Shown here: positions 1 to 11,012 of the stretch, piece by piece | Layout: every line of letters starts with the position of its first letter | Position numbering within the stretch: position 1 is the stretch's first letter | Origin: Podarcis cretensis | Taxonomy: Eukaryota | Length of the DNA: 64,000 bases | Direction: 5' to 3' | Assembly (NCBI GenBank): GCA_951804945.1 | Contig: OX638161.1 | Span: 47,678,001-47,742,000, forward strand | Position numbers and translations under genes: made by a program | The notes under the pieces: model-generated | Database searches by the model: none | What the model was told of the DNA's origin: nothing | What the model saw: the letters and a program-made list of their open reading frames with translations, nothing else

Positions 1-371
1 AAGGTAAAGGTAAAGGTACCCCTGCCCGTACGGGCCAGTCTTGACAGACTCTGGGGTTGTGCGCCCATCTCACTTAAGAGGCCAGGGGCCAGCGCTGTCC
101 GGAGACACTTCCGGGTCACGTGGCCAGCGTGACATCGCTGCTCTGGCCAGAGCCAGAGCCAGAGCCGCACACGGAAACGTCGTTTACCTTCCCGCTGGTA
201 AGCGGTCCCTATTTATCTACTTGCACCCGGAGGTGCTTTCGAACTGCTAGGTTGGCAGGTGCTGGGACCGAGCAGCAGGAGCGCACCCCGCCGCAGGGAT
301 TTGAACCGCCGACCTTTCGATCTGCAAGCCCTAGGCGCTGAGGCTTTAACCCACAGCGCCACCTGCGTCCC
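1..371 (-). mobile_element. Sauria SINE (Squam1)
   Basis: Minus strand runs GGGACGCAGGTGGCGCTGTGGG...GGTTCAAATCC (tRNA-like head) to an (ACCTTT)n tail at the window edge; empty site in the inverted paralog near 62390. Confidence 0.92.
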
Positions 372-1750
372 ATACTCAATACAGATAGCTGCTCTCAAAG
401 TTGTTTCTAGCACAAGGTTCAGGTTGAATTAGGCTCATCAGATTTTGGTTGTGGAGCTGGTTTTCCACACTAAGATTTACTTTCAAAACATGACATACTT
501 GTTGTGTGTCCCAGAAAAAAATGGGACATACTTTTTTCTTGGTGCATGATCACAACAGCCACTTGGCGTGCTGCAAACTCTTGCCGTCTCACCCCGGAAA
601 AGCACTTTTATCAGGGTACAGTGAGGCGTGGGTCACATGACTTGCCTGGGTGTGCATCCCAGAAGATACACATCCTGGTATCAGATCTCCAGAATTTGGA
701 GGGTATGACATCAGAGTGGTTTTCTTACATCATCCCAGTGCCTTTTCCCCGTCCAAAGCTGATTTTTCACACAGTAGCTATGACTAGAAGATTTCATGAG
801 AAAACTATTAGAGGGAGAAAGGCTCATCAAGTTTGTCACCGTTGACCCAATGAAGCAGATTGTAAAAAGCAACCATATCTAGCAACAGATCAGCCATTTC
901 TACTATTTTTTCACCAGGATACCTGATAGGAGCCTCCTTTGGGAACTTCTGGATTTGAATTTAGGACTGTAGCCAACTAAGTTCTACCCACTGAAATTTA
1001 TTGGCCTAAATTGGCAGCTATATTAATTTCAATGGGTCTATTCTGAGTAGGACTAGCATTGAAGACAACTCTTAGTATTGCAAAAGGAGTTGTTCACATA
1101 TTGCAAGAGTGTGTGTATGTGTGTGTGTGTGTGTGTGTGTGGTTTATTAGAATTCCCCCTGAAAGGATAAATCCAGATTAAATGGGGGTGGGGGGTTCTG
1201 ATGCCAACCATGTTGTGTAGATAGTGGCAAAAATGTTTGTGCTTTAAAAGCACAAAACAGCCTGTTTTATGTGAACTGTTTCTCTCACAAATTGAGCTTC
1301 TCACAACAGGGTATTCCAACCAGAAGCCCCAGTTTTCACGAGAACAGAGGTCGCATGAAGGTTGATAGTCAAATCTTTGTAGAGCTACATTTCCCAGAAA
1401 TCTTTGGGGAAATCCATTATTTTTAAAGTGGTATAAAAGTGCTTTAAATGTATGGTATAGGTGTGACCAGAGAATTGTAACCACCCTTGCAGAATATATG
1501 AACAGGGGCACAGGCTTCCTGCCTCAGAGGGTTGTTTTGCTGACCAAACTGCATATGTAGGGCTGTACAAATGAGATGTCTGGCTGATGACAAGATACCT
1601 GTATGATTCTACGATCTTCGGACTATGAAATAAGGGTCTGGTGGTAATTCAGAGGTTTTTCACACGAATGAAGGCTTTTGTTTTAATGAGAAAACTATTT
1701 TTGGGTTTAATGGGTCTACTTTAACCAGTTCATAACTCCCCTTCCTTCCA

Positions 1751-2713
1751 TCATTTCAAACTGCATGAGTTTGTCTGAATTTTATTAAATACATGCTTGC
1801 AGGCAAAAGCATTTTTCAAAGCATCTTGGACCTGCCTGTTCCTCAGGCTGTACACAAAGGGGGTCATTAGAGGACAAACCACATTGTTAAGTACAGACAC
1901 TACTTTGTTGAAATTATGCCCATCACCCTGATCTGGTATGATGTACATAGAGATGCAGCTTCCATAGGTGACAGTGACAACGGTGATGTGGGAAGCACAG
2001 GTGGAAAAGGCCTTCTGCCTCCCTGCAGCAGTTGGGATGTGGAGAACAGTTGAGATTATATTCACATAGGACACAACAGTGATAGCTAAAGTCCCCAGTA
2101 GCGTAAACACCGAAAGAATAAAGGCGGAGAGCTCCAGGAAATGTGTGTCACCACAGAGAAGATGGGTTAATGGTTTGCTGTCGCAGAAGAAATGGTCAAT
2201 GATGTTTGAGCCACAAACAGGAAATTGAACTAATAGCAGGGTTTGGGCCAATATCCCAGCAAGCGACCCAATCCAAGAGAAGAGCACCAAAAGTGTGCAG
2301 AACTTCTCATTCATGATGGTGGTGTACCTTAGGGGGTTGCAGATGGCCACATATCGGTCAAAGGACATCACAGTTAGCAGAAAGAAGTCCGTAGTGCCCA
2401 GGAAGAAATAGAAAAAGAATTGACTTATACATCCAGCATACGAGATTGTTTTCCTGCCAGATGCAAGGTTGAACAACGCCTTTGGGATGGCAGCAGTGGT
2501 GTATCCAATTTCCAAGATGGCATAATTCCGGAGGAAGAAATACATGGGTGTCCTGAGGCGGAAATCCATGAGAGTGATAGTGATAATGATCATGTTTCCC
2601 GTTACAGCCATCAGGTACATGATTAAGAAAAGGACAAAGAAAAATATCTCTAGTTTGCCGTTCTCAGTGAATCCCAGCAGTAAAAACTCATTGATCTTTG
2701 TTTGGTTCTCCAT
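1751..2713 (-). CDS. Olfactory receptor, class II, OR6-like (320-aa subfamily, copy L1)
   Basis: Single-exon 320 aa; N-glycan site NQT; GN, LRTPMYFFL, MSFDRYVAICNPLRY, HFFCD, KAFSTCASH, PFVYSLRN. Confidence 0.96.
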   Translation of the reverse strand: MENQTKINEFLLLGFTENGKLEIFFFVLFLIMYLMAVTGNMIIITITLMDFRLRTPMYFFLRNYAILEIGYTTAAIPKALFNLASGRKTISYAGCISQFFFYFFLGTTDFFLLTVMSFDRYVAICNPLRYTTIMNEKFCTLLVLFSWIGSLAGILAQTLLLVQFPVCGSNIIDHFFCDSKPLTHLLCGDTHFLELSAFILSVFTLLGTLAITVVSYVNIISTVLHIPTAAGRQKAFSTCASHITVVTVTYGSCISMYIIPDQGDGHNFNKVVSVLNNVVCPLMTPFVYSLRNRQVQDALKNAFACKHVFNKIQTNSCSLK

Positions 2714-2869
2714 AAAGTCTTGATTTTCATGTGTTATCTGCTGGCAAAAGATGAGTATAGATAAGTAGCATCATCCTCCTCATCATCATTATGAAGTTAA
2801 GCCAAGCCTGCCCTGCCTGGATCAGACCAGGGAAGCATATAGTTCAGCCTCCTGTTTCATACATTGACA

Positions 2870-3905
2870 CAGAATCGGAATCATAGAATCATGGTTGAAA
2901 GGGACCACAAGGGTCATTTAGTCAAAACACCTGCAATGCAAGAATCTTTTTGCCCATTGTGGGACTTGATTTTTTTTTAAATAATATTTTTTATTCATTT
3001 TCAAACACAAATTTATACAATCATATCACAATTTATCACAAATTCTTTCATTTTCGGACATCCCTCAGTTTCTCTGCCAATCTTTTGTTTTAATTTTGTT
3101 TTATTTGAACATTTCCTAATTTTAGTATTGCCTTTAATTATACCCTTCCCAATCTTAATCCCTTTTTTAAAATATTCCTCATATTTTCACAAAACATCTT
3201 GAAAACCTACAAGCATTATCTGTTCATCACATATACTTTTCAGATAATCTGTCAATTTCCCCAGTCTTCGATGAACTTATGGTCTCGTAAATATCGAATC
3301 TTCCCTGTTAGTTTATCCAGTTCTGCAAAATCCATCAATTTCATTCTCCATTCTTCGACCGTTGATAGTTCTTCCTGTTTCCATTTTTGAGCCAGAAGTA
3401 TTCTCGCCGCTGTTACTGCGTATTGAAAAAGTTTACAATCTTTTTTATTTATTTCATTTCCTACTATTCCTAATAGAAAAGCCTCCGGTTTCTTAACAAA
3501 AGTATATTTCAACATCTTTTTCAATTCATTAAATATCATTTCCCAGAAGCCTTTTACTTTCTTACATTCCCACCACATATGATAAAATGTCCGTTCTTTT
3601 TCTTTACATTTCCAACACTTATTACATGTTTTATACATTTTTGCAAGTTTTACTGGTGTAATATACCATCTGTATACCATTTTCATAACATTTTCCTTTA
3701 ACGCAGTACATGCCGTAAATTTTACTCTTTCCTTCCATAGTTTTGTCCAATCATCAAATTGTATGTTATATCCAAAATCTCTGGCCCAATGTATCATCAC
3801 CGATTTAACTTCTTCATCTTTTGTATGCCAGTCTTTTTTGCCCAGTGTGGGACTTGAACCCAAGACCCTAAGATTAAGAGTCTCATGCTTTTCCAGCTGA
3901 GCTAA
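2870..3905 (-). mobile_element. tRNA-Lys-derived SINE with CR1-like tail, split by an L1 insertion
   Basis: TAGCTCAGCTGGAAAAGCATGAGACTCTTAATCTTAGGGTC..GGTTCAAGTCCCACACTGGGC resembles tRNA-Lys(CTT); ends in ATTCTATG-type repeats. Confidence 0.75.
2970..3831 (-). mobile_element. 5'-truncated L1/Tx1-like LINE (ORF2 C-terminus, 3' UTR, polyA)
   Basis: ORF 3252-3863 has the CWKC..H.WWEC zinc knuckle; polyA at 2970; ~25-bp TSD tctttttgccca(t/g)tgtgggacttga. Confidence 0.88.
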
Positions 3906-4854
3906 ATAATCAGTGGAAATTCACACAACTGGATTCAATTGACCACACCTGCAAAGAGAGAGGCAAAAGGCCCATTTACAAGTGCCATTTTTATCCAAAG
4001 CACACATGCGAAGAGTCAAGGGCTTTGCAAACACTGAACAATCAGCTGATCACTTGTATAGTCCTTCTCTGACAACATATCTGCAAAGAATTTCATTGGG
4101 ACCGTCAATATTTATTGGTAATTGACATTAACACCATTGGTTAGTACTTCCACTTAATGAAGTCTTAATAACAGTGTTTGTGAGATAGTGTGTGAGGAAG
4201 ACAGTTACTGAATTTGCACATCGCCATGGTCGGTCCTAACTTAGGCTGAGTGAGGCAGTTACCTTATGGAACAGAAGCTGAACGGTATCAGTGCAATGCT
4301 GAGGATAGAGTTGTGGATACCACAAGCCCTGCCATATATTCCTTCAGCTAAAGTTTGGTAGAGGACTTCACTGTGTCACCAGTGTTGATATAAGTGTCAG
4401 ATGCCACCGTATAGGCAGTTTCTGTACCTGGAGGGAAGGTGACATCATGCCCTTTGCCTCAGGCTCCATAATACCTCATCACACCATGTCCATTGTATTG
4501 TGACTGCCTCTGCCCTGAAAGAGAGTCTGACTTCACTGTGACAATGGTTAGATTACCAAAATCACAAGCTGAGCCAATGGGATTGTGGCAGGAAATTGCT
4601 ACAACAGCTTTGCTAACTGTCATGGAGCTTAGGTCAGAAAATTAACATGTACGGCGTTTGTGGCTTGAAGTCAGAGTACATAGAAGCCTTCCTGTCCAAA
4701 ATGGTTGTGAGAGAGCTCTAAGATTTCAAAAAGTGTGTAATTGGAGTCCAGCCACAGTGCCTAAAGGAACACAGGTGGAAGGGAAGGAATACTATAAATA
4801 TAATGGCAAAAGTGGTCAAATTCTGCTATAAATAGTAATAGTAACAATACTAAT

Positions 4855-4995
4855 AACAAAAAAATATATATTTATACCCTATCCATCTGGCTGGGTTTCC
4901 CCAGCCACTCTGGGCCACTTACAGCATATATAAAAATTGTAAAACATCAGACATTAAACATTTCCTGATACAGGGCAGCCTTCAGCTGTCTTCCT
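4855..4995 (-). mobile_element. Short L2-like LINE 3' end (paralogs ~11780-11912, 40790-40910, 47374-47494, 56899-56999)
   Basis: CCCAGAGTGGCTGGGGAAACCCAGCCAGATGG...TATAAAT followed by a simple-repeat tail. Confidence 0.55.
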
Positions 4996-5634
4996 TCAAA
5001 AGAGCATAGCTGGCATTCACCCCTCAGGTCTTTCACCTTCAATCTGAGAGAGGGAGGGGGGAGTATTATAGATGTACTATATGTAATCAAAATAGGATTT
5101 GGGCTCACATCTCATTCACATGCCTTAATTCTGTTTCTACATCAATTTGATCCTTTAAAAATAATAGTCCTGCCAAACAGATAAACACAGATATATAGAT
5201 ATGCTCTCACACACTGATAAATCCCTTATTATGCAGTTAAACGAGTGCTTTCCTGATATTTATACAGGGCTGGACACATACCTGTCCATGAGATCCGTTG
5301 TCCCCCAGAAAAGGCAGGATTTATGAGTAACTTTTTAGGGTAGGTAAAGGCATGTTGGGTGGATGGCAGGTTTACCATTCCATTCCAAATTGCTAAGGAT
5401 TTCTGCAATAAAAATGTGGGGTTTTTTTGGGGGGGGTGTAAAAGAAATAAGTTGAAAGGGGAGCGAGGGAATTTTTAGCCACCACTCTGCTTTCTGGGTG
5501 CTGCTGCACTCAGGTCCTACATACAGCTTTCCAGTAGGTATATAACAGGTTGTAGGTTGCCTTGATATTGCCAGTTGGAAGATGGGATCTGTATCTTTGT
5601 ACCAAAGGAAAGGGCCATCAACCTACTACAAACA

Positions 5635-5635
<1 letters not shown>

Positions 5636-5679
<44 letters not shown>

Positions 5680-6079
5680 GTCGTTTAGTCATGTCCGATT
5701 CTTCGTGACCCCATGGACCAGAGCACACCAGGCACTCCTGTCTTCCACTGCCTCCCGCAGTTTGGTCAGACTCATGTTTGTAGCTTCGAGAACACTGTCC
5801 AACCATCTCGTCCTCTGTCGTCCCCTTCTCCTTGTGCCCTCCATCTTTCCCAACATCAGGGTCTTTTCCAGGGAGTCTTTTCTTCTCATGAGGTGGCCAA
5901 AGTATTGGAGCCTCAGCTTCACGATCTGTCCTTCCAGTGAGCACTCAGGGCTGATTTCCTTAAGAATGGATACGTTTGATCTTCTTGCAGTCCATGGGAC
6001 TCTCAAGAGTCTCCTCCAGCACCATAATTCAAAAGCATCAATTCTTCGGTGATCAGCCTTCTTGATGGTCCAGCTACAA
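5636..6079 (-). mobile_element. 5'-truncated Bov-B (RTE) LINE
   Basis: Encodes WTIKKAD..RIDAFELWCWRRLLRVPWTARRSN; (CAA)n tail; 11-bp TSD ACTACAAACAT. Confidence 0.95.
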
Positions 6080-6185
6080 ACTACAAACATTGCTGCCACA
6101 AACAGCAGACATTGCTGCCACTAATTCACCACCCTATAGCCTCCCTAATTTGCCAGCCCTTTGTAAAAAAGGACCACATGTATTC

Positions 6186-6440
6186 AGAGCCAGTGTGGTG
6201 TAGAGGTTGAGAGCGGTAGTCTCGTAATCTGGGGAACCGGGTTCGCGTCTCCGCTCCTCCACATGCAGCTGCTGGGCCAGTCACACTTCTTTGAAGTCTC
6301 TCAGCCCCACTTACCTCACAGAGTGTTTGTTGTGGGGGAGGAAGGCAAAGGAGATTGTTAGCCACTTTGAGACTCCTTAAAGGGAGTGAAAGGCGGGATA
6401 TCAAATCCAAACTCTTCCTCTTCTTCCTTTTCTTCTTCTT
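6186..6440 (+). mobile_element. Squam3-type tRNA SINE
   Basis: AGAGCCAGTGTGGTGTAG head, GCGGGATATCAAATCCAAAC then a (CTT)n tail; absent from the paralogous site near 12075. Confidence 0.85.
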
Positions 6441-6444
6441 CTCC

Positions 6445-6920
6445 TCTTCAGATAGTCTTTGAAGGCGTCATTGACCTTCCCATTCCTTAGACTATAAAAG
6501 GGTTCAGAAATGGTATAACCACTCCAGTAAGTACTGCAACTCCCTTCTGGACATACCAAGATTATCCCTGGCTGGGCAAGGAGTACATGAATATTGCACT
6601 GCCATAAAAGATGGATGTGGCTCTGCTGTGAGAAGCGCAGGTTGGAAACGTCTTTTGCTGACCTTTTATGGTGTACAGGTGCAAAATGGTGGCAATGATT
6701 TAGACATCAGAGACACCCATGACAGACAAGGGGATGACTAACACTGGTCCAGACAGAATGTCCTCCAGAGCCACAAGGAGCTGCACCTGATTTCAAGGAA
6801 CTTTTATCACTGGAGCATAGTTGCAGAAAAAATGGTCTATGACATTATTGCCACAGAAGGATTACCGAGTCAGCAAAAGCGTGGGAGCAAAGTTGTTAAG
6901 GAAAGCATCAACATTCTTCA
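6445..6920 (-). pseudogene. OR pseudogene fragment (TM4-TM7), related to the 19698 subfamily
   Basis: Degenerate [24 protein letters not shown] with stops and frameshifts. Confidence 0.85.
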
Positions 6921-7734
6921 CATTACATTGTTGTTAAATGTGTGTTGTTGAAGGCTCTCAAAACTTCCTAATAACGCTAATAACACATAAACGGGGGGGG
7001 GGGGGGATCCTTTTCAAAAAATCCAGTTCTCAAAATTTTGGAATGCTGTTCTCCAGCCAAGTAGTGGGTGCAAATGTACATATACTAGGATAAAAAGTCC
7101 ATAAAAATGCACACATTGGTGACAATAACATGTCAAAGTTTATTATATTATGATAAATTGCTTTAAAAAAATGTAGATTAGGAAGAAATGTGCACATTGG
7201 GGAAATTTTTTTCATGAAGACTTAAAAATATATGTAAATACAAGCTGATTTGCCAAAATTTTGTACTAGTTAACTATTTAATCATATAGCTTGGCACTGA
7301 TACTACCCTAGATATCTCTCTCAGAAATAGGAATAATTGACATGTTTGCCCATAATGAAAATAAGAAAATTCTGAATACCTTTATAAAGCAAAGCAGTAT
7401 AATATGCTATAATATGCCTTACCTTGGTATGATGCAGCTTTCAGCACCAGATCCATAATATAGATTTTCTGTGTCACTTAAATCTTATCATGGCTGGGTG
7501 TCTTCCATCATCCTCTCCATGGAATACTAGTGAGACAAGCTTTATTTAAAGGTCCCTTGGGAGGAGGATGTTCATTCTTAAGTGGAACAAAGCAGTTTTA
7601 ATTTGCACAGCTGTTTTAATTTGCCTTCTCCAACCCGTGCTCTCCACATGTTTGGACCACAGCTCCCAGCAGCCACTGCCAGATTCAGATGGTCCCAAAT
7701 TCAATGTCCAGGTTAGGAGCTGATGATTATTCCA

Positions 7735-7820
7735 GTCTTTCCCAGGCCTATCTGAAATTGGTAGCAATTGAACCCAGGACTTTCTGTGTGCAAATCAGAT
7801 GCTTTACCACTCAGCCTTCG
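7735..7820 (-). mobile_element. Old tRNA-derived SINE fragment (paralogs ~12815, 33085, 38225, 44810, 54635)
   Basis: GGCTGAGTGGTAAAGCATCTGATTTGCACACAGAAAGTCCTGGGTTCAATT with box A and box B-like motifs. Confidence 0.55.
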
Positions 7821-7897
7821 TCGCCCCCCACAGTGGAATGTGTTGCACCCATAACTAAGGACAGGAGACAATTGGCCAAGTGCAGGAAGTCCCCAAT

Positions 7898-7933
<36 letters not shown>

Positions 7934-8489
7934 TATATATATATAAAAGCATACATACTGGACCTGTCAGCATGTTAAGCAAAGCAAGAAAACGACTAGA
8001 AAGAGTGGTTATATATGTTGACCAAGGACCCTTTTAGAAGATGGCAAAAATGTATCTTTGGATCTCTGTATATCAGTGGTGGTTAACTTTGGTAGGACCA
8101 CAGGTTAGCTACCCTTGCTCTGTCTATAGGCATCACCCCTCTCCTTTGCCTGTTTCAGTGATGGTCTGCAGTGATTAAAAATGGGTCCATTTTCACAATA
8201 GGGTATTCCAACCAGAAGGCCCAGTTTTCACAAGAACGGAGGTTGCATGAGGGTTGCTAGTCAAACCTTTGCAGAGCTGCAATTCCCAGCACCCTCAGTA
8301 AACTGCAGTTCCCAGAAATCTTTGGGGAAAGCCATGGTTTTTTAAGTGGTATAGGAGTGCATTAAATGTATGGTATAGGTGTGGCTAGGGACTTGGAACC
8401 ACCCTGGCAGAATATATGAACAGGGGCACAGGCTTCCTGCCTCAGGTGGTTGTTGTGCTGACAAAACTGCATAGCGTTTCCTTATATTT

Positions 8490-8506
8490 GCTGCCCCCTA
8501 GTGGCA
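8490..8506 (-). promoter_or_regulatory. CTCF-like motif TGCCACTAGGGGGCAGC
   Basis: Close match to the CTCF core consensus; sequence match only. Confidence 0.55.
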
Positions 8507-8829
8507 CTTAAAGGGTTATTTAATCTTCTACAGTAAAGAGTTCTTCCTTGAAAAAGATTCAATGATTGGTATGTGTGAAAGAAATAAAAACACAATTTCC
8601 ACAAAAAGCTTAAGTTTTCTTAAAACAACCATACTGGGAGTAAGAGTGATTACCAGTATCCAGTTATGTAGAACAGAGTTTTCTGTTGCTTGAAATTCAA
8701 GCGGCACACATGAAATGCCAAGTTCACTGACTTTTGGAAACCACTGATTATTTTAAAATAAATTGGTTTATTTGGGCTTCAAATATACCACAAAATGTTT
8801 CATGAGCCTATTTTAGTCAGTTCACTTTT

Positions 8830-9040
8830 CCCCTTCCTCTCGTTGTTTCAAACTCCAAGAACTTAAAAACATGTTTTCAGTCAAAAGCATATTTCAAAGC
8901 ATATTTCACCTGCTTGTTCCACAAAGCTGTACACAGAAGTGGTCATAAGAGGACAAACCACATTGTTTAGAACGGCCACAGCCTTACTGAAAGGCTGTAC
9001 TGCTCTGGTTTCATGTACATAGAGATGCAGCTTCCATCGG
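8830..9040 (-). pseudogene. OR 3' fragment (TM6-TM7), related to the 320-aa subfamily
   Basis: GSCISMYMKPE and a degenerate TM7/NKQVK region; paralog at ~60245-60690. Confidence 0.75.
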
Positions 9041-9174
9041 AGCAAGGTGTTAAAGTGTTATGGTGAATGCTTCCTACCATGAATGGCCACATATGTTCCA
9101 GATTGGCTTGCGCTAGATTTCCAGCCCTGGATGCAGATTTGGCCTACAAGGCCTCAAACCAGGTTTTTTTATAC

Positions 9175-9628
9175 ATATAAATAATAATAATAAATTTTTA
9201 TTTATATCCCGCCCTCCCCGGCCAAAGCTGGACTCAGAGTGGCTAACAACAGGTAAAAATATTACAGTGTACATAAAAGCACACAGTCAATTAAATAAAA
9301 TACATTTTTAAATGAGTTCAGAATCAAATTAATGGCAACCATTGGGTTAGAGTTCTATGAGGATTACAGAAGGAGAGAGGGAGTAGTCTGTGCCTTGGCC
9401 AAAGGCCTGACGGTACAGCTCCGTCTTGCAGGCCCTACAGAAAGATGTCAAGTCCGGCAGGTCCCTAGTCTCCACTAGATATGGGCCATGGCCGAAAAAG
9501 TCCTGGCTCTGGGCAAGGCCAGCCTAACCTCCCTGTGGCCTGGGATCTCCAAGATGCTTTTATTTGCAGATTGAAAGGTCCTCTGTGGGACATACCAGGA
9601 GAGGTGGTCCCATAGGTACGAGGGTCCT
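9175..9628 (-). mobile_element. L2 LINE 3' fragment
   Basis: Reverse complement of 59650-60115; GGGCGGGATATAAATAAA then a (TTA)n tail. Confidence 0.75.
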
Positions 9629-9649
9629 TGTCATCAAAACTCAGTTCTG

Positions 9650-9759
9650 AATAGAGAAGTAGGATATGTTGGAGTGTTAATGATGTGCACCCCTCTTATG
9701 CTCAGCCGCTGTATATATCTGTAAATAAATTCTAATTTTACAGGGGGGGAAAAAACAAA
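9650..9759 (+). mobile_element. 110-bp polyadenylated retro-insertion of unknown family
   Basis: 15-bp TSD CAAAACTCAGTTCTG (9635-9649 and 9760-9774); AATAAA then an A-rich tail; empty site near 59615-59630. Confidence 0.7.
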
Positions 9760-10049
9760 CAAAACTCAGTTCTGGCACCTCTCAGGTGGCCACCATTGCC
9801 ATTATAAGAGAGCAAGGGAGAGGTTCATGGTGAGCTCTGCCATCTCTTTTTATAGAAAAATAACACTGCCTAAAATTATGATTCTATGATCTTCTGACTA
9901 TGAAATAAGGGTCTGGTGATAATTCAGAGGTTTTCTACACCAGTGAAGGCTTTTGTTTTAACGAGAAAACTATTTATTTGGGCTTCTGAAACTACATAAG
10001 AAGTATCATGGGTCTATTTTAACCAATTCATAACTACCTCTTCCTTCCA

Positions 10050-11012
10050 TCATTTCAAACTGCATGAGTTTCTCTGCATTTTATTAAATACATGCTTGCA
10101 GGCAAAAGCATTTTTCAAAGCATCTTGGACCTGCCTGTTCCTCAGGCTGTATACAAAGGGGGTCATTAGAGGACAAACCACATTGTTAAGAATGGCCACA
10201 ACCTTGTTGAAGTTTTGCCCACCCTCCCGCTCAGGTATGATGTACATAGAGATGCAGCTTCCATAGGTGACAGTGACAATGGTGATGTGGGAAGTACAGG
10301 TGGAAAAGGCCTTCTGCCTCCCTGCAGCACTTGGGATATGGAGAACAGTTGAGATTATATTCACATAGGACACAACAGTGATAGCTAAAGTCCCCAGTAG
10401 TGTAAACACCGAAAGAATAAAGGCGGAGAGCTCCAGGAAATGTGTGTCACCACAGAGAAGATGGGTTAATGGTTTGCTGTCACAGAAGAAATGGTCAATG
10501 ATGTTTGAGCCACAAAAAGGAAATTGAATGAACAGTATACTTTGGGCCAAAATCACAGCAAGCGACCCAATCCAAGAAAAGAGCACCAAAAGTGTGCAGA
10601 ACTTCTCGTTCATGATGGTGGCGTACCTTAGGGGGTTGCAGATGGCCACATATCGGTCAAAGGACATCACAGTCAGCAGGAAGAAATCTGTGGTGCCCAG
10701 GAAGAAATAGAAAAATGATTGGCTTAAACATCCAGCATACGAGATTGTTTTCCTGCCAGATGCAAGGTTGAAAAACGCCTTTGGGATGGCAGCAGTGGTG
10801 TATCCAATCTCCAAGTTGGCATAATTCCGGAGGAAGAAATACATGGGTGTCCTGAGGCGGAAATCCATGAGAGTGATGGTAATAATGATCATGTTTCCTG
10901 TTACAGCCATCAGGTACATGATTAAGAAAAGGACAAAGAAAAATATCTCTAGTTTGCCGTTCACAGTGAATCCCAGCAGTAGAAACTCACTGATTTTTGT
11001 TTTGTTCTCCAT
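10050..11012 (-). CDS. Olfactory receptor, OR6-like (320-aa subfamily, copy L2)
   Basis: Intact 320 aa with all OR motifs (KAFSTCTSH variant). Confidence 0.95.
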   Translation of the reverse strand: MENKTKISEFLLLGFTVNGKLEIFFFVLFLIMYLMAVTGNMIIITITLMDFRLRTPMYFFLRNYANLEIGYTTAAIPKAFFNLASGRKTISYAGCLSQSFFYFFLGTTDFFLLTVMSFDRYVAICNPLRYATIMNEKFCTLLVLFSWIGSLAVILAQSILFIQFPFCGSNIIDHFFCDSKPLTHLLCGDTHFLELSAFILSVFTLLGTLAITVVSYVNIISTVLHIPSAAGRQKAFSTCTSHITIVTVTYGSCISMYIIPEREGGQNFNKVVAILNNVVCPLMTPFVYSLRNRQVQDALKNAFACKHVFNKMQRNSCSLK

